From contig VJWM01000182.1 in the NCBI GenBank assembly GCA_010909165.1, positions 1-64,000 of the forward strand: a DNA stretch of 64,000 nucleotides, read 5' to 3'. A model generated the notes under the pieces. That model saw only the letters and a list, made by a program, of their open reading frames with translations, was not told the DNA's origin and did not search any database. The translations under genes were made by a program, and so were the position numbers. Source of the stretch: Anthoceros angustus. Taxonomy: Eukaryota; Plantae; Anthocerotophyta. This document shows, piece after piece, positions 46,837-60,699 of the stretch. Position 1 is the first letter of the stretch. Each line of letters opens with the position of its first letter.

Positions 46837-49800
46837 ATTGGCGTCTCCGCCAACACTAGGCATGATACTTTTTCACCGCCACCCGTTCACAGTGGGCATT
46901 CACCATCCAAGCGCCGGTGAGCGGACCCATTGGCGTATACGCCACTTGGTAAGGTCCCATCCATAGGTGGAGTTTACAGGAAGTGCATATGGTCATCGTA
47001 AGAGGGCCAAATCTCCCTCCTTCACATACTCTTGATGCCACTGTTGCCACAACTTGCGTTGATTACATGCAGTTGCATTCTTGTTGCGCCTCTTCCGACC
47101 CTCCATTATCTTTGAACAAACCCTAGCAAGCGCTCGATTGGCTCTCTTCATCCGTTAAGCGCCTCCATCATGACCGGTGTTGGCACCTCAAACTCTCGGC
47201 ATAAGAGTGCCCATAGAAATGTCTGAGTTCTTGTAGTTACCTTCTCACCGTCGAGGCCCATAGCGCGATGGGCTTTGTATCGATCGTGCGCATAGTTAAC
47301 CGTAAGCTTATTGAGGATCGGCGAGATAAGTCCCGTTGGTCTTCTCGTCAATCCGCGTTGGCCGGGTTGTAGGGGCCGTTTTCGATGTGTGATGCCAAAA
47401 TAGTCCGTCATTGCGGTTATCACATCATTGAGGAAATGGGTTCCCCTATAAACTTACCGGTACCAGCGGACACCCTACCTTGTGATGATGTTTCGTGAGG
47501 AATTTGGCCACCGTGCTTGAGTCCTAGTTCGTAGCTTCCACCCACCACTGCGATGCGGTGGTCGTTGCCACCAAGATGTACCGCTTTTGTGTGTGCCTGG
47601 TGGGTATAGGTCCGGAGTCGATGCCCACTTCTCAAAAGGCGCTAGTGCTAGTATGGGCACTGGCCATTGTTGTGGGAGTCGGCTTCCGATCGGACAAGCA
47701 TCACACTTCTTCACAAATTGGTGTGTTTCCCCATACATGGTGGGCCACGAGACCTCAAGATTTTCTTGGTGGTGACTGCATAATGTCCACCACCTAGTCC
47801 TTCGTGCATCCCTTTATTACCACCTCCGTCTCACTTTGTTGGGTACCTTCGTTCCTCGGCCCCATCTTAAAGATGCGTTATACAACCTAAAGGCGGCGTA
47901 GTGCACAAATGCCTGGACAGTTCGATTCGTTGGTAGCTCCATCTCCCATAGGTACCGTTCCAACTCCGCATAGAGGCCGCCCCTGCGTCCGCTCCCTTCT
48001 CGCTTCTGCGTGGGTCGGTTCCCAGCTTAGGGTTTGTCTGCTCCTCCTCCTCCTCTGCCACCAATTCCTCATCAAGGCGTCCTCGATCTGCGGGGCGGCT
48101 CCGTTTTAACTGGACAAGAAGTCGCGTTTTGGTGTTGCCGCCCTTGCAGTCTCCACCTCAAATGTGAACTCCTGTAGCAAGAATCCACCTACAATTCGTC
48201 CCGGACAGTGCCTTGTTCACCAAATGCTTGGCCAGTGATCAACATAGAACACAAACTCATTGGGCGAAGGTAATGCCTTAGCAGTATACCATCCCCTGCC
48301 TCTCGCTCCGTAGTAGTGTACCTCCGTTCGCATCGTGAGCTCTTCCGCGTAGTAGATTGGATGATCCCTCCGTTTATCATCTTTTGGTGAGCACTACTCG
48401 ATGGCGACACATCCATACACATGGAATCGCTTTCCCGGTGGTCCTTTCAATCTTGGGGCAATCGAGTGGTGTGGGTCTCGAATGCCGCCTCCTCCCTTTC
48501 GGTGTCCGGGTCCATTCCTCCTCCTTCTGAGTAGCTCCGTTAGCTTGGCCCGCTTTGCAAATCTTGGATGAAGCGTATAGTAACCCACCATGCCGAATCC
48601 CGTAACTCCTTCAAGTTCGTGGTGGGCTGCGGGGATGACCTTCACCTTGTCTTGATCCACCTCTATCCCTCCGCACCGGTGTCCCAACAAGATTCCCCTC
48701 ATGCAGTAGCAGCATTTCTCGGGATGAGGCAGTTGAGTCTCCTACAACGTTCCAAAGCACTTCCAGATGTCCAACGTGTTTGTCCTCCTCGTGCACACAA
48801 AGTCGTCCAAGAACACCTCCATGAAGTCCCTCAGAAAATCCCGGAAGACGTTGGTCACCATCCGCATAAATGATCCGGGTGCTCCTGTCATCCCGAAGGC
48901 GCTTCGTTTGTAGGCGAACGTTCCCCACTCCGTGGTGAACGTTGTCTTATCCCAGTCCGACTCCCTTAGGTGCAGTTGGTTGTAGCCGGAGTAGCCATCC
49001 AAGAAGGAGTAGGTACTCGTCCTGCCACCTTGTCCAGTATGTCGTCTACAAAGGGCATGGGAAATGGTCCTTCTCAGTGGCGGCGTTAAGCTTCTCCGAT
49101 CACGGACGAATCGCCCTTGCTGTTTCTTGGCACGACAACAATGGGTGCACCCATTCTTACGATTGGGAAGATGATGTCGCCTCCGGATACTTATCCGGAC
49201 TTCCTTGACCTTGGCGAGTGCTTGGGATTGATTTATCTTGCCGAATCCGAGCGCACCGCTCACGGCTTCGAATCTATCCGGTGTTAGCCTTGTTTGAATG
49301 CCCTTCATGTCCGTGACCTTGAAAGCGAACACCTCAATTCCCCAACATGAGTGAGGTCTTGTTTCAACTCCGGGCATACCCTTGCGGAATTTTAGGAATT
49401 TCCAGCGGACCTCCACGTCTTCCACATCGTCGGGATTGGGTCTCTTTCCCTCGCTTCGCTCGCCCAAAGCCATCATCCTCCATCCGGTTCATCTTCACGC
49501 ATTCCCCCCATTCCCGAGAAGTCGAGGTGAACCGGTTACTTCTTGAGGTCCTCCCGTGGGTTCCCTTGTTTTCCCTCCTCCTCGATTCACCACTTGGAAA
49601 CAATCGATCACCTCCGCTCCAAAGTGTCCCTCCAGTCCATCTCCTTCTTGGACCACAGATTTTTGGAAAGGGTAGTCCTCATTCGTATCCTCGCTCATCG
49701 TCCCCACTTGTCTTGGAGGTGTACCCTACGTGGTGCTTGGTTTCACCAGTTGTGTCCTTACTCAGTGTAATCGCTACCGTCCTTCCCTCACCTTGGATCC

Positions 49801-51900
49801 CGGTCACGGCTTGAAGTGTATTTCCTTCCTTCCGAAGTGTAGTTTTGTATGCGAGCGAGCCAGGGGCCCCCATACCCTCGTCCAGGCGGGCGATGACAAA
49901 TGTATAGGGGCTCCCGCTATGGTGGCTTGGACTCGGACAAGCGTGACATGTCCGCCATCACGAGGGTTTTGGTGGATGGCTCAAGGGTGAACCCGTCTTC
50001 GGTGGCCTCGGTGATGAGGTTCACTCGACCCGTGTCGAGGCGTTCTTAATCACACCGCAATTTCCACTGCTGGCGCCCGAGTCCGTATGAGATACTACCC
50101 TTACCTCCACGTTCTTGCCCTTAGGACCAAGGGTTTCGGCGTGGTTGTGTCTCACGATGGCCCTCCGGACTTCTGCCGATACTTGGGTTGTCTTTTAACA
50201 AGGGACACCAAGTGTTGTTGGTCCATCATCAAGTCGGCCACCTTGAAAGGCGTGGGTGGCTCCTTGCATCGTGTCGCCTTGACTCCTCCGGCGATGCCCG
50301 CCCGTGGTGGTCGGACCACTGCTCGGATCTCTTCAAGCATCTCGTCACTTCTCGGACCATCCGGTGGCGGGGTGTTGCCTTGGAGTCCGCTTCTCCTAAC
50401 TCCGGGGCTTGGTTGGGGCTTCTTGGCGAGCTGCCGATTTAACTCGTCCTTCTTTGGGTTTGCCTCCTTTGGTGTCCCGTCCTCCGTATCCGTTGGACTA
50501 TCCCATTTTCTTCCTCTTAATCTCCTTTCGCTCCTTTCGGCGACTTGGGTTGACACTTCCGGTACCTCAGTCCGCCTTCTCCTCCTTAGCGAACTTGCCC
50601 GTACCCTCGTTCCAAGTTCCTTGCCTCTTCCCCTCCCGTGCGTCTTCAATCTATCGGCCGCCTTAGGGAGGGCGTGGCGGTGTGGCTCCCCTCGGGGTGG
50701 CGTGGCGTCCTCGAGCGAGTTCGGACACAAGTCTTGCCATGTGCCCGCCTTCTCCACAGGCGTTCAAAGTCCCCGTTGCCTTGCGGTGGGGTATGGGCGC
50801 AGCGTTGGAGTAGTGCCGGGGTTCCCAGTTCATGAGCGCCACGAGAATTCTGGAGGGGCTCCCATGCGTCTTTGCCGGATGGTCGGATGCCCAGTTGTGG
50901 GTACATCGTCTTGGGATCTGCGGCCCGGTGGTGCTTCTTGCACTTGGTATGCATCCTCCTTTGTTCCTCGGACTCTTCCGTAGTCGTACTCCACGGTTCA
51001 CGGTGCGGAGGCGGTTAGCCTTGAATGCCCATGTTGGTGACACACGCACACCACAGATGAGTCCGGACCGTGGTGGCCGCCTTCCGCGTTCTTTATCCTT
51101 CACGGTTGATCGTCAACTCCTCCACCCTCTTCATTACCCGTTCGATCTTCCCTCGGCTACTTCCTTCAAAGAGCTGGGTCGGTGGACCTCTCGCTGCGGC
51201 GCATCATAACCTCCTTCTTCTCCACCCTCCGCTTGACTACGGGCTTCTTCTTATTTCTTGGCGGGGTTCTTCTTCCTCATCCTCATTCTTCTTGAGTCCT
51301 CTTCCTCTTCCTCCGATGCTACCTCGGTCTCATCATCCTCCTCTTGAGGGTTCTTCATCTTGATCCGACCCCGTTTCTTCTTTTCTTCTTCCTCCGGAGG
51401 CGTCCTCGTCGTTGGTGCATCGATTCTTCATAGTTCTCCGCCGCGGAGCCTTGCTCACATCCTTCTCGCCAAGCGACGTGTAGCCATTGGCTTGGTAAGC
51501 CAGTGCGAACCAACGCTACACATGGTGGTGTGGGTGGGGTGTCGATCGAGCGTAGAACCGTTCGATGTCACGATCCCAACTTCTCCGTCTTGCCTCGCTT
51601 GGGTTCTCGAGTTTGGACAGGCGTAGCCTTCTTGATCGATCCCGGAATCTTTCAAGAAGGCATCCTTGATCTTGAAAGCTCATTCGAGGGGGATGAGGGG
51701 CTTGCGATTGAGGAAGCCACTGCTCCCCGCAGGTGAAGGAAGAAATCACAGATCCCAACCCTCCGCATAGGCGCCTTCGCCATTGAGGAAATCTCCACGA
51801 AGGCTAGGCTCTCTACCTAGGCTTGCTTGCAGTCGATGGTAGCCTGGAATGGCGTGCCACCGAGAAGGAAGATGGTGGAGAGACCACATCTCAGGAGTAC
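46837..51900 (-). mobile_element. Second Ty3/gypsy element, gag-pol heavily frameshifted, apparently lacking DNMT and PHD
   Basis: RT: YSFLDGYSGYNQL..DKTTFTTEWGTFAY..AFG..FMEVFLDDF. RNaseH: ERRYTTTERE. Integrase: VKKCDAC..PILALAPFEKW, YFGITHR, WMGPYQV. Confidence 0.85.
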
Positions 51901-52669
51901 CGACTTGGTGCTACTTCGAGGCTACAAGGAGAGCGATCCGTCTAACGGCTTTCTTGGGTTGATGGCGAAATTGGTCCTTAGTACGCACTGAGGCCGCCGC
52001 CTGAGGCGTCACAAGGCCTCGAGCGCCTCCGCGAGGTCCGACCCAGTGCGGACTGAGCGCAATCGTTTAGATCGTAGCCCCTCCACGGGAGGAGTGGAAG
52101 AGTATACCTTTCCTACGAGGGAACGGGTCTCTGATGGCTCAAGGCATTTGCTTAAAATGTGGCGGAGGCTGTGCGATGATCACCGGGCGCGCATAACCTG
52201 CATGTCGCTAGCGGGAGGAGAGAATGGATTGCTGCTTCAGCGAGGGCGACCCTATCCCAGGAATCGCCGTTTAATGGCTACTCCGGTAGGAAGCAGCGTG
52301 TGGCCAAATGGAAGGAAGAGACTTGAACATGGCTTGCCTACACGTCGACCATGCCTCATCACCTCACTATTTCTTTGAGAACGCGAGGTTACTCCGCTGC
52401 CAAGTTCCGCCTGGAGCATGACGCCTCGGAACTCACATGCCCGGGTCCGGGTTTTATCTACCGGCCTGACGAACAAGGCGCGCGGTCTTTATCCATCAGC
52501 TGCACCTATTACGCTAGGGGTCCTATACTAGCTTGGCGGGGCTCGAGAAGATGCGGCGGTGTCTACGGTAGGCCAAAGGACACTAAAGTGACTCACGCAC
52601 AGGGAAGACAGAGTGGCGGTCACTAGTCCGCAAGCCTGAAGTAATCAACACCAAGTGAAGAAGATCTTA

Positions 52670-53550
52670 AATCTTGCAGCCGGTGCGCTTCGATGCAAAA
52701 GGATGTGTGGGAATTTATTCAGGTGTGATGCATCATGTCGGGTTGGGCGGCCTACGTTGTCGACACAATGGCCCTCACCTATATACTACAACTAGCACCG
52801 TTGAAAGTGAGGAATCGATTTCGTGGGACCCGATCAAGCCACCTACCCGGTGGACAAGGCGGTTACATTCGGGTGGCCACGGACTATTGTCGAAGATGGT
52901 GGAAGCAGGCGGCGAGGAAAGGGCGGCGGTACCGCGGTGGCAAAGTTTCATGTGAGAACATCATAGCAGTGGTGTCAGATTTGGAATTGAGTCGTGTGGA
53001 CACATTCCTCAACTCTGTCGTTGGTCTAACCACCTTCAGCATCCGACATCGAGCGACCCCCTACAACCCCAAAGTGACGGATTGTGAGAAGATGAGCAGG
53101 TTGTTATGCACAATCCTCACCAAGGTAATTATAGCACATGTATGATTGGGATGCTAAGTTGCATTAAACCTTGTGGAGCTTCAGAACATGGGAAGAAAAT
53201 AACCACCAAGAAGACCCTTATTATCGACATATGGCATGTCCCTATTATGCTGTGGGAATTGATACCTACCATAGGATCATGAGAGGATGAGCATGACATT
53301 AGAAGATAGTTAAGTAACTAGGTTAGAGTCTTTTGTAGAAACCGGGAGGCCTGAGGAGAAGATGCCTTAGGGAGACCAGTAGTTGAGAAAAGGGCAGACT
53401 GAGAGGAGGTTATAAGTGGCTGGTTCTTCTTTGTTTTTCCGGAGAAGGCCGGATGGATGGGACCTTATGAGGTGGTGGCCGTTATCGATGGTCAACTGAT
53501 CTTTGGTTGCTTCTAGAGGTGAACAGGGTGGAAGGTTGAAGTACCTTCAA
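52670..53550 (+). pseudogene. Degenerate gypsy integrase fragment
   Basis: ILQLAP.E..GIDFVGPIKPP..YIRVATDY.SKMVEA, HRATPYNPK, WMGPYEV, read across frames. Confidence 0.7.
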
Positions 53551-55099
53551 CCCGAGGTACTGTTCTGAGGGGCCTTAAGCGGTGAGAGGAGTATGTGGAA
53601 TGCAAAGTTTGGGCAACCAGCCAAAGAGCGGAAGGAAGAGCGAACTGATTTTTTTTTGGCTAAAAGCGATTGAAGAGAGGACATGTTGGGAATGTTTTGA
53701 GAACCTTGGATCCGGAGCTGTAGGATATGGGTAGAAAGGCACGAGGGATATCGGGGAAAGAAACAAGCAAAAGCGACCTCGGGCGAGGCGAAAAGGCAGT
53801 GAGCCGTAGGCGGTGGGTTGTGAGACTACCACGTAGGCTGCCACACTCGCCCGTGGTGAGGAGAAGCCTTGAGACTACTGCAGGGGTGGCGAGACTTCAT
53901 GGGCGACAAGATCTTGAGAAGGAAATTAGTTGAGGGATATCCACATATATGCTCACCAATAGGGGAATAGATAAATAGGATTAATTTGGGGTTATCCGTA
54001 GGACAGGGGAATAGGTAATTTAGGCAGGATTAGGAATTTTAGGATGGAAACCCAAATCTAGGGTTGAGGGGCCTCCAGGTGGCAGACATCCAAGGAGGGC
54101 AAAGTGCGGTTTTGGCAGCGCCCCCTTCACTTCGTGATGGACTGAAGCTGGGACGTAAGAGGAAGCGGAAGAAGGAGAAAAGGGAGGCTACCGCCGCCAT
54201 CATCGCCCGCCACTGTGACGAAAGGAAAAAGCGCGCGAGTTGAAAGAGGAGGAGCAAGCCACAGGCTGGGCGGGGCGGCGACGAGGAAGAGGAAGGCCAG
54301 TCACAGTGGAGCGCCGAGGAGCTTTTTCGAACACTCCGAGCTGCCGAAGGAAGGTGGGAGGAGCCCGTTGCGCATCGCGAGTGTGGGAGGAAGCTTCGAG
54401 GCGGGAGGCGTGAGATTGGGGCGCCTAAGGCAGTGAGATTGAGGAAAGTGAGACTAAGAGGAGAAGCACCGCGACCACCTTGGCCAGCTGCCCTTACTGA
54501 AAGGAGAGGTCTAGAGGGCCAGGTTGGCGGCAAGGGCAAGCAACTAACGTGCCTTGTGTCTCCAAGTGGGGTGTTGTGCTAGCGACAAGGAAAGGAGTGT
54601 TTGGAAGTGAGAACACCATAATATTTGAGCGGTGAATATACATGAAGCGGCTTTTCGGTGAATATCGGCAAGCGGGGTTTTCGATGGGTATCGAGGCCAT
54701 ATTTGAGCATACCTGGAAGATGGCACATAATAAGGGTGTCGTGACGCCCTACACATGCTATGACGCATGCATGCAGGGAAGGGTCCGTCTAATCGCACGA
54801 GCATTGTTTTTGCTAGAAAGCGATGCCCATGTCCTTAGACCATGCGATACGATTAGGATCCGTTAATGACCCGAACAGCGACCACAGGGCCCCTTTGGAG
54901 GGAATGCGTACACATATGTATACTCTCTTGCTATACACCCATATATGCACATGGTGGGCGAGGTTTTGAACAACGATAGGGTTAAAAGGGCGGCGAGCGG
55001 AAGAACGCCGCTGCAGGCGCCGCATGCGGCGCGTCCGCAGGGACTTGTCGAGCGCGGCGTGTAGGCGCCAACGTTGAATGACTTTCTCGATGCCATGTA

Positions 55100-58000
55100 G
55101 GACTCACTTCTTCAAAGCAGTTAAGCGCATCGCGGCCTTAGAGGACTAGTCATTTGCCGGCGGGCACGATCGAGGGGCGTACAAAATGAACAAAAGTTGC
55201 TTCCTCCGTGGCATGGACAAGGCACCTTGCAAACCCGTTCGGAACAAGGCACATATTCCGATCATTCCTCGACTCGAGTCCCTCCCGCCGGATATGTCGG
55301 CGTCGCTGATTCATCGTCCATTACACCATGGGTTGCGGGCTTGAGGTGGGCTCGTGAGCACTCATCTTCTCTTTGATCGCTTTCTTGTCGGCTCAGATGT
55401 TTCCTTGCGTTCGGCTTGAACCCATAATAAAGCGATAAGCTTTCCGAGCGAATAACTTGTATATTAGGTGGATTGTGTTGTTTGCCCCTTCCTTTTCGGT
55501 GGCCTTCGTCGTTCTCAACTCGAGGATGACTTCCGCCATATACTTCCCTTCGTCTGTGTGGTCTCCACCAATGCACAAAGTAAGGATCGGTGCGGTGAAA
55601 TGGACTTCCACAACCTTTGCGAGCAGCTCATGTGTATGTCACCCTCACAAGGCGTTATAATGAACATGCCTTTCTCTATCTCCATGATATCCCCATTCAT
55701 CCTTTCACACTCTTGTCCTTGATCGCACTGGTGGGGTCCTAAGTACATGTCCCTTTGGGGAATCTCCCATAACAATGCTTCATCTAGAACAACAACCCCC
55801 TTGCTGGTGGGAGGTGAGTTGCGTCGGTTTGCTCTGTACCACTTCCATGGTTTTTCCAGAGACCAATATTGTTGTCTACGATACATGCAATCTCCTCCCC
55901 GATCCTTCCGAACATTGTCCACCATTGTTCTTCTTCGTCATTGACATATGTTGGTAGATTTAGCATTCCTTTCCGCAAGTAACCCCAGAATAGTCATCCC
56001 AACACCACCTCTTTTGTCCTTGGCTTGGGCGCCATCAAAGGTGCCGGGCTCGTCGAACAAGCGTCGAGAACTCCAAGCCATCTTGACTCCCGAGGAGAGG
56101 TTGAATCTTACTCGGATAAGCTACTTTCCACGATTGATTTCTCCTCTCGTGTGATTTTGAACGATGTTGAAAGCGATAGATTGTTCAATTGTTTCACCGC
56201 CCTTGTCGATATCTGCTGCGCCCTTTGTTATAGGCCGGACATCGTCCGAAATCGGAACCTCGGTCAACACGAACCTCCGGGTTGGGCGTGTCTGTTGCTT
56301 ATCAAGGTTTCCATACGGTAGGGTTTTCACCTCCTTGTGCTTGGATGTTTAGAAAAGCAAGAGAACATCCGTCCACTTGGTCGTGTGTATGCCGAGAAAT
56401 CCGACCTTCACCTTTTCAAAGGTGCCCACCTCAACAAGCATATTGAGGTGCATAAAGCAACGGTTCTTATTCTCCCGGCATGTGTTATCCATGCAAATAT
56501 AGAATTTTCGGAAGGAACCCATTATACGTGTGGATAACGTCACGAATAATAGCAATAGTCAAGTTTGCATCATTCCTCAGTTCGCAAAGTGGAGATACGG
56601 CTTTCAAAGTATAATTGTGTACCATGCAGCCCACCACGTGGTACTATGCGATCCTCCAGTCCTTGGCCATCTCAAATATGCGGCAACTCCGTCTTCTTGA
56701 TCCATCCGTCAATGCATAGTAATATGTATTTACGAGGAGAGTAGCTTTAGTGCGATGCTTCATCAACTTCTTCCTCGTTCATCAAGCGTGTTCGATGTTT
56801 ATTTAAAGCGTCGATATGCATCTAAACACGACCGAAATTAGAAAGGACGAGTTAGTTCCACAATGGGTTAGCCCATTCAAAATACAAACATTTTATTCCC
56901 CCAACCGGAAACATGTCATCGAGGCACCCGTGCCAATATCATTCCACGGCATAGGCATGGCAGGCGGAGGAAGGCTCGCGCCCAACCATCCGGTGCAACT
57001 ATGCCGGAGCGACTCTTCGGTGGCCGATATAACCGGCGGGAGGGCGCGGCATGCGTCGCCCTAGCTCGGGCCGCCGCACGCCCTCCCATCCGGTGATGTG
57101 GATGTAGGGGCCCGCGGTGGGCGGGCGCGGCATCGGCGCCTAACTGACGGCGCCCGGCGCCCTCCCATCGTGCGCGAATGCCGGCGAACCGGTGGGTGCG
57201 CCCGCATCGCGCCGCGCCCTACCGGCGCGCCATCCGATGTTGCCCGTGCGGATACGGGCGCCGGCATGCAGCGCCATCCCTGTCTGGAGCCGTATGCAGC
57301 GCGGCGCACTCCGGCGCCCGCCGCCTCGCCGTGCACGCTGCGGACTTCGGGCATGGGCGCGGCATGCGGCGCCCGCCCTCCCGGCGCCGACGCGGCGGCT
57401 CTCTCGCGCTGCGTGCCGGGCGCACTTCCTCAGGCCGGCTGTCGCCCTTCATTCCATGGCTCCAACATGGCCGCCGTGGAAGCTAGGGCATTCGCGCCTT
57501 GCATCTACTGGCGGCAGCTACGTTAGAGGGTTAGCTCTCCGGAAGAGTATGATACCTATTACAAAGATTCTATGCAGAAATGACGGAGGCGTATCTTGGC
57601 GTACCTTGATCAATCCGATGACCGTACTCGGATGTTGTACTTCAACCCGCATAACGCACATGTCGAAACCGGTTGGACTTGAATTTTCACCCTCTTAAAA
57701 TTTTTTACATCCATAGCCTCGTGAAAATATGCATATGACACAAACCGCAGACTTGTTCCATGTCGGTGTAATCGATTCCAAACCTCAAGTTTAGTGAATG
57801 TGGAAGGTTGTACACTTCAACGTTGGGCAACCTTTGAAGAAATGTTGAGTCCATCCACGCGATCGCAGCAAGAGCATGTGAGGATTGCACACGAGGATTC
57901 GGCTTGGCCCCATCCCAAGGTGCGTTCAGCAATACCCTGTTCTTCAACTCGTCGTATCTTGCAGAGCCTATGCAGTAAACCCGACGAAATGCTTTCAGGC

Positions 58001-58500
58001 AACAGCGCATCGGGGGCTCTCCCATAATGTAGGTGACAACCTTGTCTCTGCATTTGGCATTCACATCCGGTCTAACAAGAGATTGAAGGAATAACTCCTG
58101 CTCCGGCCTGCCTAGCCTCAAGAACCTGGTCCTCTGTTCTCGAAGACCATCCCTTGACAAAATAGGAAGACACAACTTGTTGCAGCATGGCTTCCGCAAA
58201 TCTGCCATCACAGCGTCGCCGTCAGTTTTCCGTAAAGAGACACCTGCGGCTCGCCTCTTTTGAATCGGCAAAACATTCGTCTCCGCCTGCATTGTCTGAC
58301 TCATCGGCTTCGGCTGATAAGAGACACCATTTCGTTTCCTCTGAGGTGTATGCGGCACATCAACAACGGAATGAACGTCGCCCACCACGGTGGTGTTGCA
58401 AACAAAAGCGATCCGATCGATCCCTTGGGAGGCTGGATTTGGACGACCGCCTTTCTCCCTCCGACACAGGCTTCCACCCACAGACACCTATTCAAGTTCC
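55100..58500 (-). pseudogene. Sola-like DDD transposase, diverged subfamily B
   Basis: KPCCNKLCLP..CCLKAFRRVYCIGSARY..IAWMD..RLPNVEVYNLP; LLCIDG...KTELPH; FYICMDNTCRENKN..MLVEVGTFEKVKVGFL.HT..VD. Confidence 0.8.
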
Positions 58501-59846
58501 GGGAGTAGGTGGCAAATCTGCGGTATTCCTACATTCGGTCTTGCGCGTGTGTTCTCCTAGCCACCGCAAAGGAAGACCATCGGTTTCATCCCATGGAACA
58601 AAAGCACGATTAAGCGAGACCATTTCTGGTTTGTGACACCTTGCTATTCAAGTCAAACAACGACAAAATGTGAACCATAGGATCCGTGACATTTGGTCTT
58701 ACGCAAAGGCATGGAGTGGGTATCAAAGAAATGACCTTCTAGTAGGGAGTGCCGGGCTTGAGTTAGGAGCGCCAAGCGATGGTGCACCATGAGTTCCTTC
58801 CCGTCCCTTCCAAGACCTTCTTCTTCTCTGAATGAGAAGGACCTTGTTGCACCCACGGACTCCATGAACAAGGACCTCCGCGGGCGTTAGAACAAAGCAG
58901 GTGCAATGACTTCCCACATTCGTAGCGTAAATGATCACCGAGTTGACTTGAGAGAATACCTCATCCTCGTCAAGCCATGGATAGAATGCGGCATCTTGGC
59001 GGGCTGCCCGACTTAGACGATCGGCAAAAGCGAACGAACATCAAGCTTGGAACATACCGGATGGGTCTTCAACCACCGAAACCTCCCTCTTATTGCCGCA
59101 ACACGCTTCGCGCTATTCAATTAAGAGGGCATAAGACATGCCAGTGCGTCACTCACCACGCCGCCATTGCATCGATGGTTCGGTGGCGGCGATGGGATAT
59201 CCAGGTGAAAATAGATTGCATTTATTGTGATATAACTTAATGATCGAGATAGTGTCATATCCGGTATAAATAAGGCAGGTATTGGGGTTTAAATATTGGC
59301 GATGGTCTATATTTCGAGTCGTCACCACATTAGGGTTTCTTCACGGATGTCCGCTAAAAGGGTATAAATTAGAGGAGCCCCGTCATACTGCGTTTCTTGC
59401 GGTGAAGGACGGAGTGCTCACGAGGCGGTGGCGCGTAATCGGAAGCACACCATCGCTGACCCGGGCACCTTGGCGCCGCTCCAATTCGGCGCTAATCCCA
59501 TCTGGTGCGATTGGCGCGGGCAGATCGAGGCTAGAGGCGATCATCGTAGCGACGAATCGAAGGTATTGTGGCAATCGCTTTTGCTCCAACTCACGGCCAC
59601 AGGTGTGCGTTCACGATCTGAGTGCGGGATTATGGCGAGTGGGACGTAGAGAAAGACTGCCGGGCAGCCGACAACCCGGGATTGTGGTGAAGGCGAAGAA
59701 GGCGCGGCGGCGGGAGATCGTTGCGAATCTCCATTGCGGTGGAGTTTTCGAGGCATGTTGGTGTCGAATCCATCTTTTCCGTGCTTTTTAACTCCTGCGG
59801 TGTTAAGGTGGGTCTCGAATTCAGCAAAAGAGCAGCACCAAAGCGC

Positions 59847-60690
59847 ATGGAGGAAACAGAGGAGAAGAGTGGAATGTCTCGGAGCAAAAGAAGAGCACCC
59901 GAGCCCAATCCATCGCCATACACGTATGAGGAGAGTGCTCTGCGGAGACACACAAGCCGAGGTTGAGCTGCGGCATTGGACAAAGAATGGTTTCTAACCT
60001 GCAAGTGAGCCACGGAAGATGGGGCAATATGGACACCCTTGTTGAAGTTGTGGGTTCTGAGGCTACAGGGGCTCTTGTCAGCTCAAGAGCCGGATGGGTA
60101 TTGTGGGCAAGTTTGGAGATGGACACATTGCATCCGGAGGTGCAAGTGCTCGCACATCAAGACCCTATGGCGTTGATAATTTGCACGGATGATTACAAGG
60201 TGTTCCTCTTCGGATAGATGGCTTTCAAGCGAAGAAATGTGAACCGAAGGAGCTGTCAATGCAATTTCGCGAAAGCCTACGCGGAAACAGTCGTGGCCAC
60301 TTAGGCCTTCAAATTCACTTAGCACCTTTCCTCCCCCATCACGATATCGACATTTCAACACTATTGTTTGCGGCCGGGAAGGCATTCTCTGAGATGCCTC
60401 GTGGGGTCATCACAGTGCATGATTAATCACGGGGAGGAGATGTCTTTCAGAAGAACAAGGCGAGCCTTTGCACGAGTTCGCAGTGAGGACCAGTACCCTC
60501 CTCATGTTGATCACGAGCGAGGCTGGGCCCTTAGGCGAGGAAGATGGCCCTATACCAGATGTACTCGGGCGGTCGGATGCGGGCGGGTCCAGAAGGGAAG
60601 ATGCACGCGAAGAGGCGGATATCATCATGGACTTTCGCTCCGGCGACCTCAAGCGGCCTTTCTGTATTAGCAACAATACAACTAGTCGGA
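59847..60690 (+). pseudogene. 5' part of the ParB-MTase cargo gene of subfamily B, divergent from the transposase and truncated by a copia fragment
   Basis: PEPNPSPYTYEESAL matches WEPNPSSYSYEESVM (~17900, minus). EEDGPIPDVLGRSDAGGS matches EEDGPVLDVLGHSDDGAS (~17320, minus). Confidence 0.7.
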
Positions 60691-60699
60691 TAACTTGTT

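Noticed and set aside
52120-52140. tRNA-Met primer-binding site of the minus-strand gypsy (CTCTGATGGC)
   Set aside because: Only a partial match to GCTCTGATACCA, and no adjacent 5' LTR is recognisable.
54540-55000. TIR of subfamily B (also sought at 14400-15260)
   Set aside because: Only a weak GGGGTTTTCG similarity; no convincing terminus or TSD.
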